Below are positions 26,051-36,600 of a stretch of 64,000 nucleotides of DNA, piece by piece. This DNA comes from an uncultured virus (IMG/VR IMGVR_UViG_3300030099_006902). Lineage: Duplodnaviria; Heunggongvirae; Uroviricota; Caudoviricetes. Numbering within the stretch: position 1 is the stretch's first letter; the number at the start of each line of letters is the position of its first letter. Made by a program: the position numbers and the translations under genes. Where the stretch lies: the IMG/VR virus record IMGVR_UViG_3300030099_006902, one strand, 5' to 3'. The notes under the pieces were generated by a model. It saw only the letters and a program-made list of their open reading frames with translations, was not told where the DNA came from and did no database searches.

Positions 26051-26772
26051 AGGTGGCTATTCTTATACCTGGGTTGGTTAGGACCTACAAGCAAACATAT
26101 GATAATTTTTTATTAAATGTAATTGAGCCCAACAAGGATGAACATGAAATTGATTTATTTTTAGCTTTTTGGGACCACACACATGAAAGAGGCGAAGCCG
26201 GAAAAAAAGACAATATCAAACAACTAGAAGAGGAAGAGCGACAAAGTATTTTGAGCTTGTATTCTCCTAAAGATTATCTGATTATGGATGATTATTTTCA
26301 TAAAAATAATCAAGAATTTTTTGAAATAACTGAAAAACTAGTCAAGTCGATAGGCACCCCGAAACACCCCGATGGCAACAAATTGATTCAAAATGCCGTC
26401 GTAGCACAATACTATTCATGGTACAAGTGCTATTCTCTTATAAAAGAGGATTACGATATTATAGTAAAAACAAGATTTGACATCACAACAGAAAAAATAT
26501 ACTTTAATGATTTTAGAGAGAATCTTTTTAATTGTGCCGGTCCACCCCATCAATACCCTCAATATAAATTATCAGATGTTTTTTTTGCTAGCAACCAAAA
26601 GAACATGAAGGCAATAATGGATGGAATGTACTGTGATATATTGAATGATAAATTGGCAAATATTTCAAAACTTTATCCAAATGTTTTTCCTGAGTATATT
26701 CTAAAAGATTTATTAAAAAAACAAAAAATAAAAGTAAATTATCTAGACAAAAAGGTTTGTATCATAAGATGA
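26047..26772 (+). CDS. Putative glycosyltransferase-like protein
   Basis: KVAILIPG.VR, YDIIVKTRFD, SDVFF, PEYIL; glycan-island context. Confidence 0.5.
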   Translation: MKVAILIPGLVRTYKQTYDNFLLNVIEPNKDEHEIDLFLAFWDHTHERGEAGKKDNIKQLEEEERQSILSLYSPKDYLIMDDYFHKNNQEFFEITEKLVKSIGTPKHPDGNKLIQNAVVAQYYSWYKCYSLIKEDYDIIVKTRFDITTEKIYFNDFRENLFNCAGPPHQYPQYKLSDVFFASNQKNMKAIMDGMYCDILNDKLANISKLYPNVFPEYILKDLLKKQKIKVNYLDKKVCIIR

Positions 26773-27455
26773 GATTAGCTTGGCAACAAATACCCTCTAC
26801 AGTTATATCAGAACTGCTATGTCATATCGGGCTCGACGGGGTCGTTATTGACACAGAACATAGCTTTTTTAACAATGAAACGTTATATAATTGTATCCAA
26901 TTGATTACGTCGATGAATAAAGTCTGCTTTGTCAGACTAACAGAACCAAGCAAGACTTTAACAAGAGCGTGTCTTGACGCCGGCGCCGACGGGATTATAT
27001 TTTCTACTGTGGAAACTGAAGAACAGTGTCAAAAGATTCACGAGATTTGTAAATTTCCTTCGCAAGGCGGTAAAAGAGGCCTTGGTCTTGTTAGGCAAAA
27101 CAAGTGGGGTATGGATAAACTAATTTCAGATAGACCTTTTATGGTAGCACAAATTGAAACAATTAACGGCATAAACAATTTAGATAAAATAGCATCTTTT
27201 GGTTTTGATCATTATATGATAGGACCTTATGATTTATCAGCTAGTTTGGGTATACCAGCAGAGTTTGATAATCCAAAGTTTTTAGAAGCGATTGCTAAAG
27301 TAAAAGAAACAATCACAGACAATAGCCAAATGGCTGTTCATATTCCTACGGATGTAGACAAACATATTGACAAATATTGTGATTATGGTATAATAGCTGT
27401 TGGTATGGATACCACAATATTAATAGAGGGTTACAAGGAAATAACAAATGCTTAA
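26769..27455 (+). CDS. HpcH/HpaI class II pyruvate aldolase
   Basis: IDTEH, LDAGADG, GKRG, QIET, IGPYDLSASLG. Confidence 0.9.
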   Translation: MRLAWQQIPSTVISELLCHIGLDGVVIDTEHSFFNNETLYNCIQLITSMNKVCFVRLTEPSKTLTRACLDAGADGIIFSTVETEEQCQKIHEICKFPSQGGKRGLGLVRQNKWGMDKLISDRPFMVAQIETINGINNLDKIASFGFDHYMIGPYDLSASLGIPAEFDNPKFLEAIAKVKETITDNSQMAVHIPTDVDKHIDKYCDYGIIAVGMDTTILIEGYKEITNA

Positions 27456-28422
27456 TTTTGAAAACATTGGAGACAAATTTACACAAGTTGTTCATACAGA
27501 AGAGTGGGAACAATTGCAAGAAAAATATAATCAATGTAGCGACATTTATGTTTTAGGTCATGGCGGAAATATGGCGGTCGCTGACCATGCTGCTGTAGAC
27601 ATGACAAGATTATCAAACGGAACTAAAAATGCAATTTGTCCAAGCTCTGGTTGTGTAGCTACATCATATATCAATGACACCAGTTTTGAGCAATGGATGG
27701 TTAATTGGTTGATTGCTAGAACTTCAACTAGAACTGTGTCGCAAATGAAAAAGTCACTAGTTTTAGGTATTTCGTCTTCTGGTAATTCTATTGATATCCT
27801 TAAGGCTTTGCAATGGGCCCAGGCAAATGGAATGCAAGTTGCCATGATTACATCAAGAGACATCACAGTTGAAATCGACGATCTCACCAAGGTTGTTCTC
27901 GGCGCAAACTACTATCATACAGCAGAAGTGTTAACACTACTTTTGACCTATCAGTTGACACATGGTTCAGGTAACGTATGCCCTCCTATTGGGCAAAACA
28001 ACCCTAATGAACTCAAGAAGTTAAACTGGAAGGGTGGCAAGATTAGGGAACATAGTTATCCTGATGAACAAATTAACGTTGGGGTTGATTTTGATAAAGT
28101 TATTCATAAATGTTCTAAAGGATATTACGATGGGACAATTTATGACGTTCCAATTGAGGGATCATACGAAGCATTAGAAAGGCTTTCAAAAGATTACACT
28201 GTTATTGTTTATACTTGCAAGGCGAAACCTGACCGCGGATTGGTTAATGGTAAAACGGGAACTGAGTTGGTGTGGGAATGGCTAAGAGAACACAACATGG
28301 CTCAATTTGTTAGCAAAGTTACTGCCGAGAAGCCTCGTGCAAGATTTTATATTGATGATAAGGCTATCAGATTCACTGACTGGGATTCTGCATTTAAAAT
28401 GATTGAGGAAATAGATGGCTAA
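27448..28422 (+). CDS. Fusion of a GmhA-like SIS phosphosugar isomerase and a HAD phosphatase
   Basis: GHGGNMAVADH, GISSSGNS; then VDFDKVIH, YTC, KP..YIDDK. Confidence 0.8.
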   Translation: MLNFENIGDKFTQVVHTEEWEQLQEKYNQCSDIYVLGHGGNMAVADHAAVDMTRLSNGTKNAICPSSGCVATSYINDTSFEQWMVNWLIARTSTRTVSQMKKSLVLGISSSGNSIDILKALQWAQANGMQVAMITSRDITVEIDDLTKVVLGANYYHTAEVLTLLLTYQLTHGSGNVCPPIGQNNPNELKKLNWKGGKIREHSYPDEQINVGVDFDKVIHKCSKGYYDGTIYDVPIEGSYEALERLSKDYTVIVYTCKAKPDRGLVNGKTGTELVWEWLREHNMAQFVSKVTAEKPRARFYIDDKAIRFTDWDSAFKMIEEIDG

Positions 28423-29260
28423 TTGCTTAGTCACTGGTCACAAGGGCTATATAGGTTCTAAGCTTTTTGCCAAACTTGTTGAGCTTGGTCACAATGTTTA
28501 TGGAGTGGATATAGCATCTGATAACATCGATGAAAAATTAGATATACGTCATCATCTATTTCATAACAATAAACCCTGGCTTAAATGTAAACCTGATTAT
28601 ATTTTCCACCTTGCAGCTAAGCCAAGTGTATCATGGAGTGTAGAGAACCCTTCTGAGTCATTGTCACATAATGTTCTTGGGTCCTCTCGTGTATTAGAAT
28701 TTGCAAAAGCAGTCAATGCTAAGCGTGTAATTTTTGCAAGCTCTGCGGCAATTTACGGCGCATCTAGTCCATATGGCATTCATAAGTTAATGACCGAGAA
28801 AGAGTGTAAGTTATACGCTGACTTATACGATATAGATACAGTATGTTTGAGGTATTTTAATGTTTATTCAAAAGACCAAAAATATGGCGGCCCATACTCT
28901 ACCGTAATATCAGCTTGGATGGAGATGATAAGGCAAAATAAACCCTTACGTATTGATGGTGATGGTTCCCAGACAAGGGATTTCATTCATGTTAATGATA
29001 TTGTAAATGCAAATATATTTTGTATGAATTATAAAAACAATTTTAATGGTGCAGCCTGCGATATCGGAACAGGGGTATCAACATCGCTTTCTGATATTCG
29101 TAATATAATTAATAATACCTTAAGTGTTGATTGGGATGAACAGCCAAGTAGAATTGGTGATATACAAAATTCTAAAGCTGATGTAAAATATATAAGTAAA
29201 CTGGGATGGTCGCCCCAAATAAATATTGAAAGTGGCCTAAAACAATGTTTTGGAGAATAA
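28415..29260 (+). CDS. NAD-dependent sugar epimerase/dehydratase (extended SDR)
   Basis: VTGHKGYIG, FHLAA, SSAAIYG, YGIHK (YxxxK), RYFNVY, RDFIHV. Confidence 0.92.
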   Translation: MANCLVTGHKGYIGSKLFAKLVELGHNVYGVDIASDNIDEKLDIRHHLFHNNKPWLKCKPDYIFHLAAKPSVSWSVENPSESLSHNVLGSSRVLEFAKAVNAKRVIFASSAAIYGASSPYGIHKLMTEKECKLYADLYDIDTVCLRYFNVYSKDQKYGGPYSTVISAWMEMIRQNKPLRIDGDGSQTRDFIHVNDIVNANIFCMNYKNNFNGAACDIGTGVSTSLSDIRNIINNTLSVDWDEQPSRIGDIQNSKADVKYISKLGWSPQINIESGLKQCFGE

Positions 29261-29266
29261 AAACAA

Positions 29267-29491
29267 ATGAGTAACACACAAAATCAATTAAAATTATCTG
29301 ATCAAGCACTTGGTGCGATTATGATGGCTTTACAGGAATCACTATTAAATCAAATTGATATAGTTCCCATTCTTAAGGGATTTGAATTAATAGAGGGAGA
29401 TAATGGACTAGTTGTCCAGAATCCGCCAACTGTAAGATTTTCTAATGATAGTTCGATTACTAACGAAGACTTAGAAAATATGATTAAGTAA
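29267..29491 (+). CDS. Small hypothetical protein
   Basis: GGAG SD, 74 aa. Confidence 0.75.
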   Translation: MSNTQNQLKLSDQALGAIMMALQESLLNQIDIVPILKGFELIEGDNGLVVQNPPTVRFSNDSSITNEDLENMIK

Positions 29492-29763
29492 TGCCGCGTT
29501 ACACTTACGAATGTCAAGCGTGTGGTGAGTCTCATAGTTACATGTTAACTATTGGTGATACTCCGCACACCTGTATTCTGTGTGAGGCTACTGGATCGCT
29601 TAATAAAGTATTCGGTAAAAATTCTTTTATAGTTCCCAATAAAAGTAAAAATGCTGGTGAACAATCTGTAGGAACTATAACAAAAGAATATATTGAAAAA
29701 AATAGAGAAATCTTAAATCAACAAAAAAAGGAAGCTAAAAGCAAAGATTATGAGCCGACTTGA
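29491..29763 (+). CDS. FmdB-family zinc-ribbon protein
   Basis: MPRYTYECQACG...CILC. Confidence 0.8.
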   Translation: MPRYTYECQACGESHSYMLTIGDTPHTCILCEATGSLNKVFGKNSFIVPNKSKNAGEQSVGTITKEYIEKNREILNQQKKEAKSKDYEPT

Positions 29764-30085
29764 GATAATACTGTCTGCATTTTTAATTTTGTCAGTTATA
29801 ATTAATGTTGGTCTTGTAGTTTATGTTAGAGCAGCTATAGCTAGACTTTTATTGGTATCAGAAGAATTAGGAGATTTGCAGGATATGATTAATTCTTTTT
29901 TGGACCACACAAAAAATGTATATGAAATGGAAATGTTTTATGGAGACCAGACATTACAAAGCTTATTGCAGCACGCAAGAGACTTTAGTAGTCAGATGGA
30001 ATCATTTGAGTTTATATATTCATTAACAGATGAGGAAGAAGCGCCGGCGATAACAGAAGAAGAATTTATAGAAAATGACAACTAA
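29750..30085 (+). CDS. Membrane-anchored hypothetical protein
   Basis: N-terminal TM helix, acidic C-terminus. Confidence 0.75.
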   Translation: MSRLEIILSAFLILSVIINVGLVVYVRAAIARLLLVSEELGDLQDMINSFLDHTKNVYEMEMFYGDQTLQSLLQHARDFSSQMESFEFIYSLTDEEEAPAITEEEFIENDN

Positions 30086-30782
30086 AAAAAGAACTAGAAG
30101 AAGACGTAGTAGAAACAAAAATCACTATTTTACACAAGATCACGAAGATGCAATTATAAAATATTGTTTAACAAATTGTTCCCGCGAAAGAACACAACTG
30201 TATGTTAACTGGATAGAGCCAGCATTTAATGAAATGGTGGACAAAATTGTTTTTACATATAAGTTTACAAATTTACCTAATATTGATTATCTACGTGATG
30301 AATGTAAAGTGTGGCTAATGACCATACTGGATAAATATGATCCAGCAAAAGGCTCAAAGGCGTTCTCATACTTTTCAGTAATCACTAAAAACTGGTTTAT
30401 ACACAAAGTTAAGCGCCAACAAAAACGAAACAAAAGAGAAGTTGATATTGGCAATATACCTAAAAACTATGAAGAAGAATTTTTATCAACAACTGAATCT
30501 TATGTCTCAACCCGAGTAGAAGAAGAATTTTGGAAACTTTTTTATAATGAATTAAAATCGTGGGATTCTTCTCAAATGAAAGAAAATGATTTTAAAGTTT
30601 ATCAAGCAATCAATATACTTTTTGAATCAAAAGAGGACATAGAAATTTTTAACAAAAAAGCTATTTACCTATACCTAAGAGAGATAACAGGTCTAAACAC
30701 TAAACAAATTGTTAACTCACTTAAAAAATTTAGAAAAAAATATTATACCTTTAAAGATGATTGGACCAGCGGTGAATTATGA
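30075..30782 (+). CDS. Phage RNA polymerase sigma factor, T4 gp55-like (late transcription)
   Basis: NHYFT..., ILDKYDPAKGSKAFSYFSVITKN matches sigma region 2; sits after an FmdB-like gene and before the virion genes. Confidence 0.75.
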   Translation: MTTKKRTRRRRSRNKNHYFTQDHEDAIIKYCLTNCSRERTQLYVNWIEPAFNEMVDKIVFTYKFTNLPNIDYLRDECKVWLMTILDKYDPAKGSKAFSYFSVITKNWFIHKVKRQQKRNKREVDIGNIPKNYEEEFLSTTESYVSTRVEEEFWKLFYNELKSWDSSQMKENDFKVYQAINILFESKEDIEIFNKKAIYLYLREITGLNTKQIVNSLKKFRKKYYTFKDDWTSGEL

Positions 30783-31075
30783 GCAAAAAAGACTTAGATA
30801 GCCTTATTGAAGAGGCTCTTGGCAACATAAGAAACGATAGAAAAGTAGCTAGAGAGTTTTTAAATGAAGTGGCAACACAAATAGCTAATGACCCAGATCA
30901 AAATAAATACTTGAGTCCTGTCGCCGCAAAACATGTTGAGACATTACAAAGATCAAACGAGCAATTAGTAAAAATTATTGCCCTAACTCAAAAAAATCAA
31001 GTTCAAAGTTCAATACTGTCAGATTCAGATAAAGATTCATTGTTTGATATGATACAGCAAAAAGAGGCCGACTAA
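30779..31075 (+). CDS. Hypothetical helical protein
   Basis: 98 aa, ATGA overlap with the sigma gene. Confidence 0.8.
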   Translation: MSKKDLDSLIEEALGNIRNDRKVAREFLNEVATQIANDPDQNKYLSPVAAKHVETLQRSNEQLVKIIALTQKNQVQSSILSDSDKDSLFDMIQQKEAD

Positions 31076-31128
31076 TATTTTTTTGAAAAACTATTTATTA
31101 AGCAACACTTTCGAGGTAATTTTTTAAC

Positions 31129-32544
31129 ATGTCATTTACAGATAGCATACATTGGGATGATATATCTAATCCAAGACAAGCTCGAAAGCTTAGAGAATAC
31201 TTAATTAAACAGGTTACTTCGCGGAGCCCTTATGGTCCTGTTCAATCAGCTATTATAATGAGTGAACCTAGAGATGAATCTACTGAAAACTTGTCTGGAT
31301 TTATGCCGGCTGGCCCAGAAGCAGATACTTCGTATTCATCAGGTCGTATAAGAGATGCAAAAGTTTTTAGAGTTAAGTTTTTAAAAGGCGACAACAAAAG
31401 AAAATCAGCTAGTGGCGCCATACCAGATTTTGAAGCACTTTCTTTAACTAACGACGTTCTTATCGCTAGAAACAAAACAGTAAATTTACCTATATGCGTT
31501 GCGCTAGGTGATTTATCAACTGGATTAAAAGTTGGTGATAGAATTAAAGTTCAAACACAAAAAAGCAATATTGATCCTGACGTCCCATCGTTACAGTTTT
31601 GTTCCATGGTAGAATTAGAGCATTCTGCTTTAATGTCTGATGATGGAATGCAAAAAAATACAATTGCAAGAAAATATGAGTTTTTGTTTGAAGGGATTGA
31701 AACAACTCTAGAAGATATGAATATAGGACCAGAAGAAAGATCAAACGCGCCCGTGGTTTCTAACTCAATTAGAATCTCATGGAACGAAGCAATTGAAATT
31801 AGTCAAGTGCCGGCATTCAAAAAATTAGGAAAATGGATTAAGGCATCAGAAGGTGTCTATGAGAGTGTTATTGGGCATCTAACAGGCTGGACGGATCCAG
31901 CAACAGGCAAAAGAGTTGATCAAATGACACTATCTGAAATTAGAACCTCACAAAATCCAGGAGGAACAATTGACACAATTCCTGGTGTCACATCTGACGC
32001 TGTAGGAGCTTATCAATGGATTGGACCCACATTTAAAGAAACTGTCGATTATTTTAAAAAGACATCGCCAGGTATAGATTTTGACTCTGTAATTTTTAGT
32101 GGCCAAACGCAAGAAGCCTTGGCTGTATATCTTGTATTTGTTAAAAGACCAATTGTCGGAAATTATTTATTAGGTGCTCACGATAATTACTCGGAGGCCG
32201 GCCAAGCCATGGCCTATGAATGGGCGTCAATCCCACTTCAATACGCTGTCAGATCACCTTTGCCTAGTTGTAATAAGATTGTTCGAAAGGGCCAAAGTGC
32301 ATATGAAGGTTGTGCTGGTAATAGATCATCTTCACGTTCTGGACACGGTCCAGATGATTTAGTTGCACTACTAAAAGAATCACAACAAAGCTTTTTAGGC
32401 TCTGGTGCAATAACAAGTGTTTTATTAAAAAATGAAATTGAAGTCGTAGCTAATGCTTCTAGTGCTTCTGCAGGCGGTGATGTAACTGAAACAGAAGAAG
32501 AAGATTTAGATGCCATGGCCGCGGCTCTAGGGATGCCCACTTAA
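31129..32544 (+). CDS. Virion/baseplate-associated protein with a C-terminal lysozyme-like (lambda R-type) domain
   Basis: ASEG.Y, MTLSEI, AVGAYQWI, TQEALA and EWASIP motifs. Confidence 0.7.
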   Translation: MSFTDSIHWDDISNPRQARKLREYLIKQVTSRSPYGPVQSAIIMSEPRDESTENLSGFMPAGPEADTSYSSGRIRDAKVFRVKFLKGDNKRKSASGAIPDFEALSLTNDVLIARNKTVNLPICVALGDLSTGLKVGDRIKVQTQKSNIDPDVPSLQFCSMVELEHSALMSDDGMQKNTIARKYEFLFEGIETTLEDMNIGPEERSNAPVVSNSIRISWNEAIEISQVPAFKKLGKWIKASEGVYESVIGHLTGWTDPATGKRVDQMTLSEIRTSQNPGGTIDTIPGVTSDAVGAYQWIGPTFKETVDYFKKTSPGIDFDSVIFSGQTQEALAVYLVFVKRPIVGNYLLGAHDNYSEAGQAMAYEWASIPLQYAVRSPLPSCNKIVRKGQSAYEGCAGNRSSSRSGHGPDDLVALLKESQQSFLGSGAITSVLLKNEIEVVANASSASAGGDVTETEEEDLDAMAAALGMPT

Positions 32545-32557
32545 TTAGGATAAAAAA

Positions 32558-33637
32558 ATGCCAGGTTCAAAAAAACAAGATAAATTTGTAAAAGACTTTT
32601 GGGAAAGAATGGAAAAAAGTCCTCCCAATACGATGGCGGGTCGTAAGGCGGTGGCAAATGCTGTGGGTGCAAATGCTCGCTCACAGGCGATGCAATCTTT
32701 TTTAAATTCTTCAAAGGTTTTGCCACCAAATACAGGGTTAATGGGAACTCAGGTGCCCGAGCCCACAATCAATTTTGTAGAACAAGAGGGCGGTAAATCT
32801 ATTAAAAATTATAACAATCGCGCTGCAATTGTTTTAGGCACTGACCGCCCACACGTTCAAGCTTCAGGCGAAGGTGGCGCCGGCTCTACCGGTGCATATA
32901 CTATTGATATAGTGGCCGGAAGAATGTCGTGTAAAGATAAAGAAATAGCAAGGGGAAAGATTGAAGCTGTAAACCCTAATTTTGCATGTGATGCTGCTAG
33001 AATATACGTTAGTCAGTTAACAAAAGTTGATTTACATTTTGGATTAGCATCAGGAATTATTGGTTCAAAGCATGAAATAGGGGTCTCTGAACAACCACGC
33101 TCAGCGGTAGCAATTAAAGCCGACAACGCCAGAATTATTGGTCGAAATGGAGTTAAAATTGTATCGGGTCGTTCGTATGCGTTTAGAGGCGCAGGTCTTA
33201 AGGGAGAAACTAATTCACGCGGTGGCGCCATTCAAGAACCCGCCCCACCAATTGAATTAATTGCAGGAAACGTTACAGATTCATCATATGTTTTTGGTGG
33301 ACTACGTAACCCAATTGAACTGGTATATGATTTGCAAGGTGTTGCTCGTGGAGATTTCACAAGAGATGCGCTTCAAGAATTAGGATATATGATTGAAATG
33401 TTAATAGGTGTTGTAGATCGTATTGCAATTATGACAGAAGTTGACACAGCACTTATGGGACCAAGCGTCTGGGAACCATGGCGTCCACCTGGGTCGGCAG
33501 CATTAGGTATTACGGAGCTTACCTCACTGAATCTTGCAATTTGGAATATTAGAATTGATAAAGTATTGTGGGAATTTAACTATATATATGACTTCGGATA
33601 CAAGTATGTTACAAGTCAAAATGTGTTTTCGACATAA
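32558..33637 (+). CDS. Putative baseplate hub/spike-associated protein
   Basis: Short beta-repeat-like segments (IVLGTDR, IDIVAGR, IKADNARIIGR); lies between the lysozyme gene and the baseplate genes. Confidence 0.45.
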   Translation: MPGSKKQDKFVKDFWERMEKSPPNTMAGRKAVANAVGANARSQAMQSFLNSSKVLPPNTGLMGTQVPEPTINFVEQEGGKSIKNYNNRAAIVLGTDRPHVQASGEGGAGSTGAYTIDIVAGRMSCKDKEIARGKIEAVNPNFACDAARIYVSQLTKVDLHFGLASGIIGSKHEIGVSEQPRSAVAIKADNARIIGRNGVKIVSGRSYAFRGAGLKGETNSRGGAIQEPAPPIELIAGNVTDSSYVFGGLRNPIELVYDLQGVARGDFTRDALQELGYMIEMLIGVVDRIAIMTEVDTALMGPSVWEPWRPPGSAALGITELTSLNLAIWNIRIDKVLWEFNYIYDFGYKYVTSQNVFST

Positions 33638-33647
33638 GGGTGTATAA

Positions 33648-36600
33648 ATGGCAGACGAATCTAAATTTTTAAAATACCAAGATAAAAACAATGACGGCAT
33701 GCCCGATGTTTGTGATGACGACAAGATCATAAAGGTCAGCAATTGTCCATCTTGCAAGCCAAATCCAAGCGCCGTCGTTCCAAAATGGAAAAAAAGAACT
33801 GTCGATGAGCCATGGTTTAATGACAAGTATTGCACATTTCAAATAACTGTTGTAACAATGTCGAAAACATTGAGATCACCAACGCCAGACTTAACTGACG
33901 AAGAATTTGTCGAAAAATTGTTTAAAGATAATGCTGCGGCAGCAGTCCAAGGTCTGTTAGATGGTTTTAACAAAGAAGAAAGCTCTGACACTGTTAATAG
34001 CTTAATTAATACGATAGATTATACAAAATATGATCTTGACACTCGATATGGTTCTGTTGTAAAACTTTTGTATACATTACCATATGATGTTTTTGCGCCA
34101 ATTGAAGAAAGAGAAGAAGATAATGATATTGACGACGAAGCGGCCGGTCAAGGGGTTGAAATAACTTATAGTGCTAGTGCTATAAATCCCAAGCTTTTAA
34201 AATTGAGAAAGGCAATGTATATGTATTCGCGCTATTATAGGGTCTTTCAGGCACTAGAGGGTGGTAGTTTTCAATTTGTCAAATCTGGTAAAACCTTTAC
34301 AAAATCTCAGTTTGATCGATATGGGGATCTAGGATTCTTTTTTGGAAGTTCAAGAATGAGCGATTTGTTAACTGATTTAGATAATTGGTTAAATGATCGA
34401 GGTATGAATATATTTGGCGTTGGCACTGGTTGGGGATGGTTTAGAGAAAGAGTAACTAGAATTACCTTTTACTTCACTCCAGAAATGAAGCTTAGAAAGA
34501 TGAAAGTGTATACATCTAGATGCACTAAGCGACCACGTGTTTATGGGAAAAAACGATTAAAATCTTTAAACAGCAAAGCTGCTTGGAAAGATCCAACCGC
34601 GGTTGGCTATTTTACACAACTAAATCAAATTGATAACTTTTTGTCCGCGAGAGTTGAACGCCCGTGGATTGAGTTTGTAGAAAAATTTACCTTCCCAGAG
34701 GTGCAATCATCATTTACTATCCCGCCACCAGCAGAAGCGAAACCACAAACAGCTATGAGTTGTATCGGGGATGCATTAGCGAAAGAAGGAAAGCAGCTTG
34801 GAATGGACATATTGGATGACGTGTTTAGTATAGGTGATGCAATTGCTTATCAATTTCATAGAAATGTTTGCCAAAAAACACTGCAAGATGTAGATGATGA
34901 AAAAAATGCACTTGGGTTAGCTTATAAACCATCGAAAAAAGATCCAGACAAGCAAGTAATAGATCCCTTTAAAGTCGTCGATAAGGCTACTGGAGAAACT
35001 AAAAACGCATTAGGTATGGCAACAGAGCAAGCGTTCCAAACGTTATACGAAGATGATAGAATGTTTGTTCAGTTGTGTGCTCGAATGATTTCTGCTGCTT
35101 TACCGTTTCCTGGTGGTGGTCAACAGATGATTCACGATATGTGGCGATTTGGCTTTGGTCGTATGAAATTGTGTGGCCTTTTGGATTTGATGATAGATGC
35201 TTTACAATGCTTATTCAAAGGTCTATCACTTGAAGAAGCATTAGCTAGTGCTATAAAAGCTGCATTAAACGCCATGTCAATTGAAAATTTTGGTGATTTG
35301 TTTATTGGTTTGCCGCCTGATAAACAAAATGAATTAGAAGATTTGGTTAATAAAAAATTAGAAAATAGTGATATATTTGGTGAAGGTTCTAATTTACAGA
35401 GAATGTCCGACGCCGGCCAAGGTATGGATTCTGGCGCTGGCACCTTGCAAGACAAGCCGTTTTATGGTAAAATTAGTGTTAAAAAATATCGCCCATGGGA
35501 AAACGAAGATATTATAAATCGTGAACGTTCTCAACTAAAAGAAGGAAACTATGGAACTTTTCCTCGACCTAAGAATTTAAAAGGTGCGACTGAACAACCG
35601 GTTAAAAGAACTTTAGCACAACAATTTGATGTTTCTGCACGCGCTCAAGAGGAGCTTGATCCTAACAATATTATGCAAGCATATGTTATGGCGCTCATAG
35701 AGGTTTATGGCGATAACCTTCTGGGGCTTACTGACTTGCTTAACAAGTATCCTGGCGCCCAAATTATCGCATCAATTATTGCTTTGGTTGATTGTCCGCG
35801 CCCACCAATGTTTGATCCTACATTTTTTGACTTTTTAAAGACACTGGAGTTGCCTTTCTGTCGAAACATTAATGAAATAAAGATGTTTAGACTGGAAAAC
35901 CCAGGAACAATTATTCCATACATTATGGATTGGCCCAAGCTATTATTTGAAGCGATGGTGTTGGCAATTACTACGTTGGTAATTCATATCATTATGAAAA
36001 TTTTAGTTAAGATATGTCAGATTATTGGCGATGCAATTTGCAAAGCACTAGAGATTACTGGTGATCTTGCGCTAGCTATCCCTTCTGTCATAGCTGGAAA
36101 AACAACGTTTGCTGATGTTATAAGGGAAAGTATATGTGGCCCAGAAGCAGATGATAATCAAGTAAATGCGACTATTATTGAAATGTTTGAAAAACTTGGT
36201 GTAGGTGGAGCAGCCTTAGCTGACACACAAGCAGTAGCTAATTTTACAGGCGATATAAGTAATGCAACCACTAGAACAGAACTTATGGAAGCATTCATGG
36301 GTAACGCTAGCAACGATTTTATTGATATAGTCTATACTATTATGGAAAATCAATATCCTGAGTTCCTTGAAGGCATGCCAACCAAGGGACACCTGCAGGA
36401 CTTCTTTTCCGATGTAGGAAATTTGTTCCCAGTAGACGTAAGAGCAGCCATGAACGAGATTCTGGATGCACTACCAGATGACGATGAATTACCAGCTAAC
36501 CCCTCACTATGTGCTAGTCCCGAAGATATTGAGGCGTTTCAAGATAGAAGGTGCTTACTTTTAGAAGGTCGTGCGACACCAGAGCAGTGTGCGGCTATGT

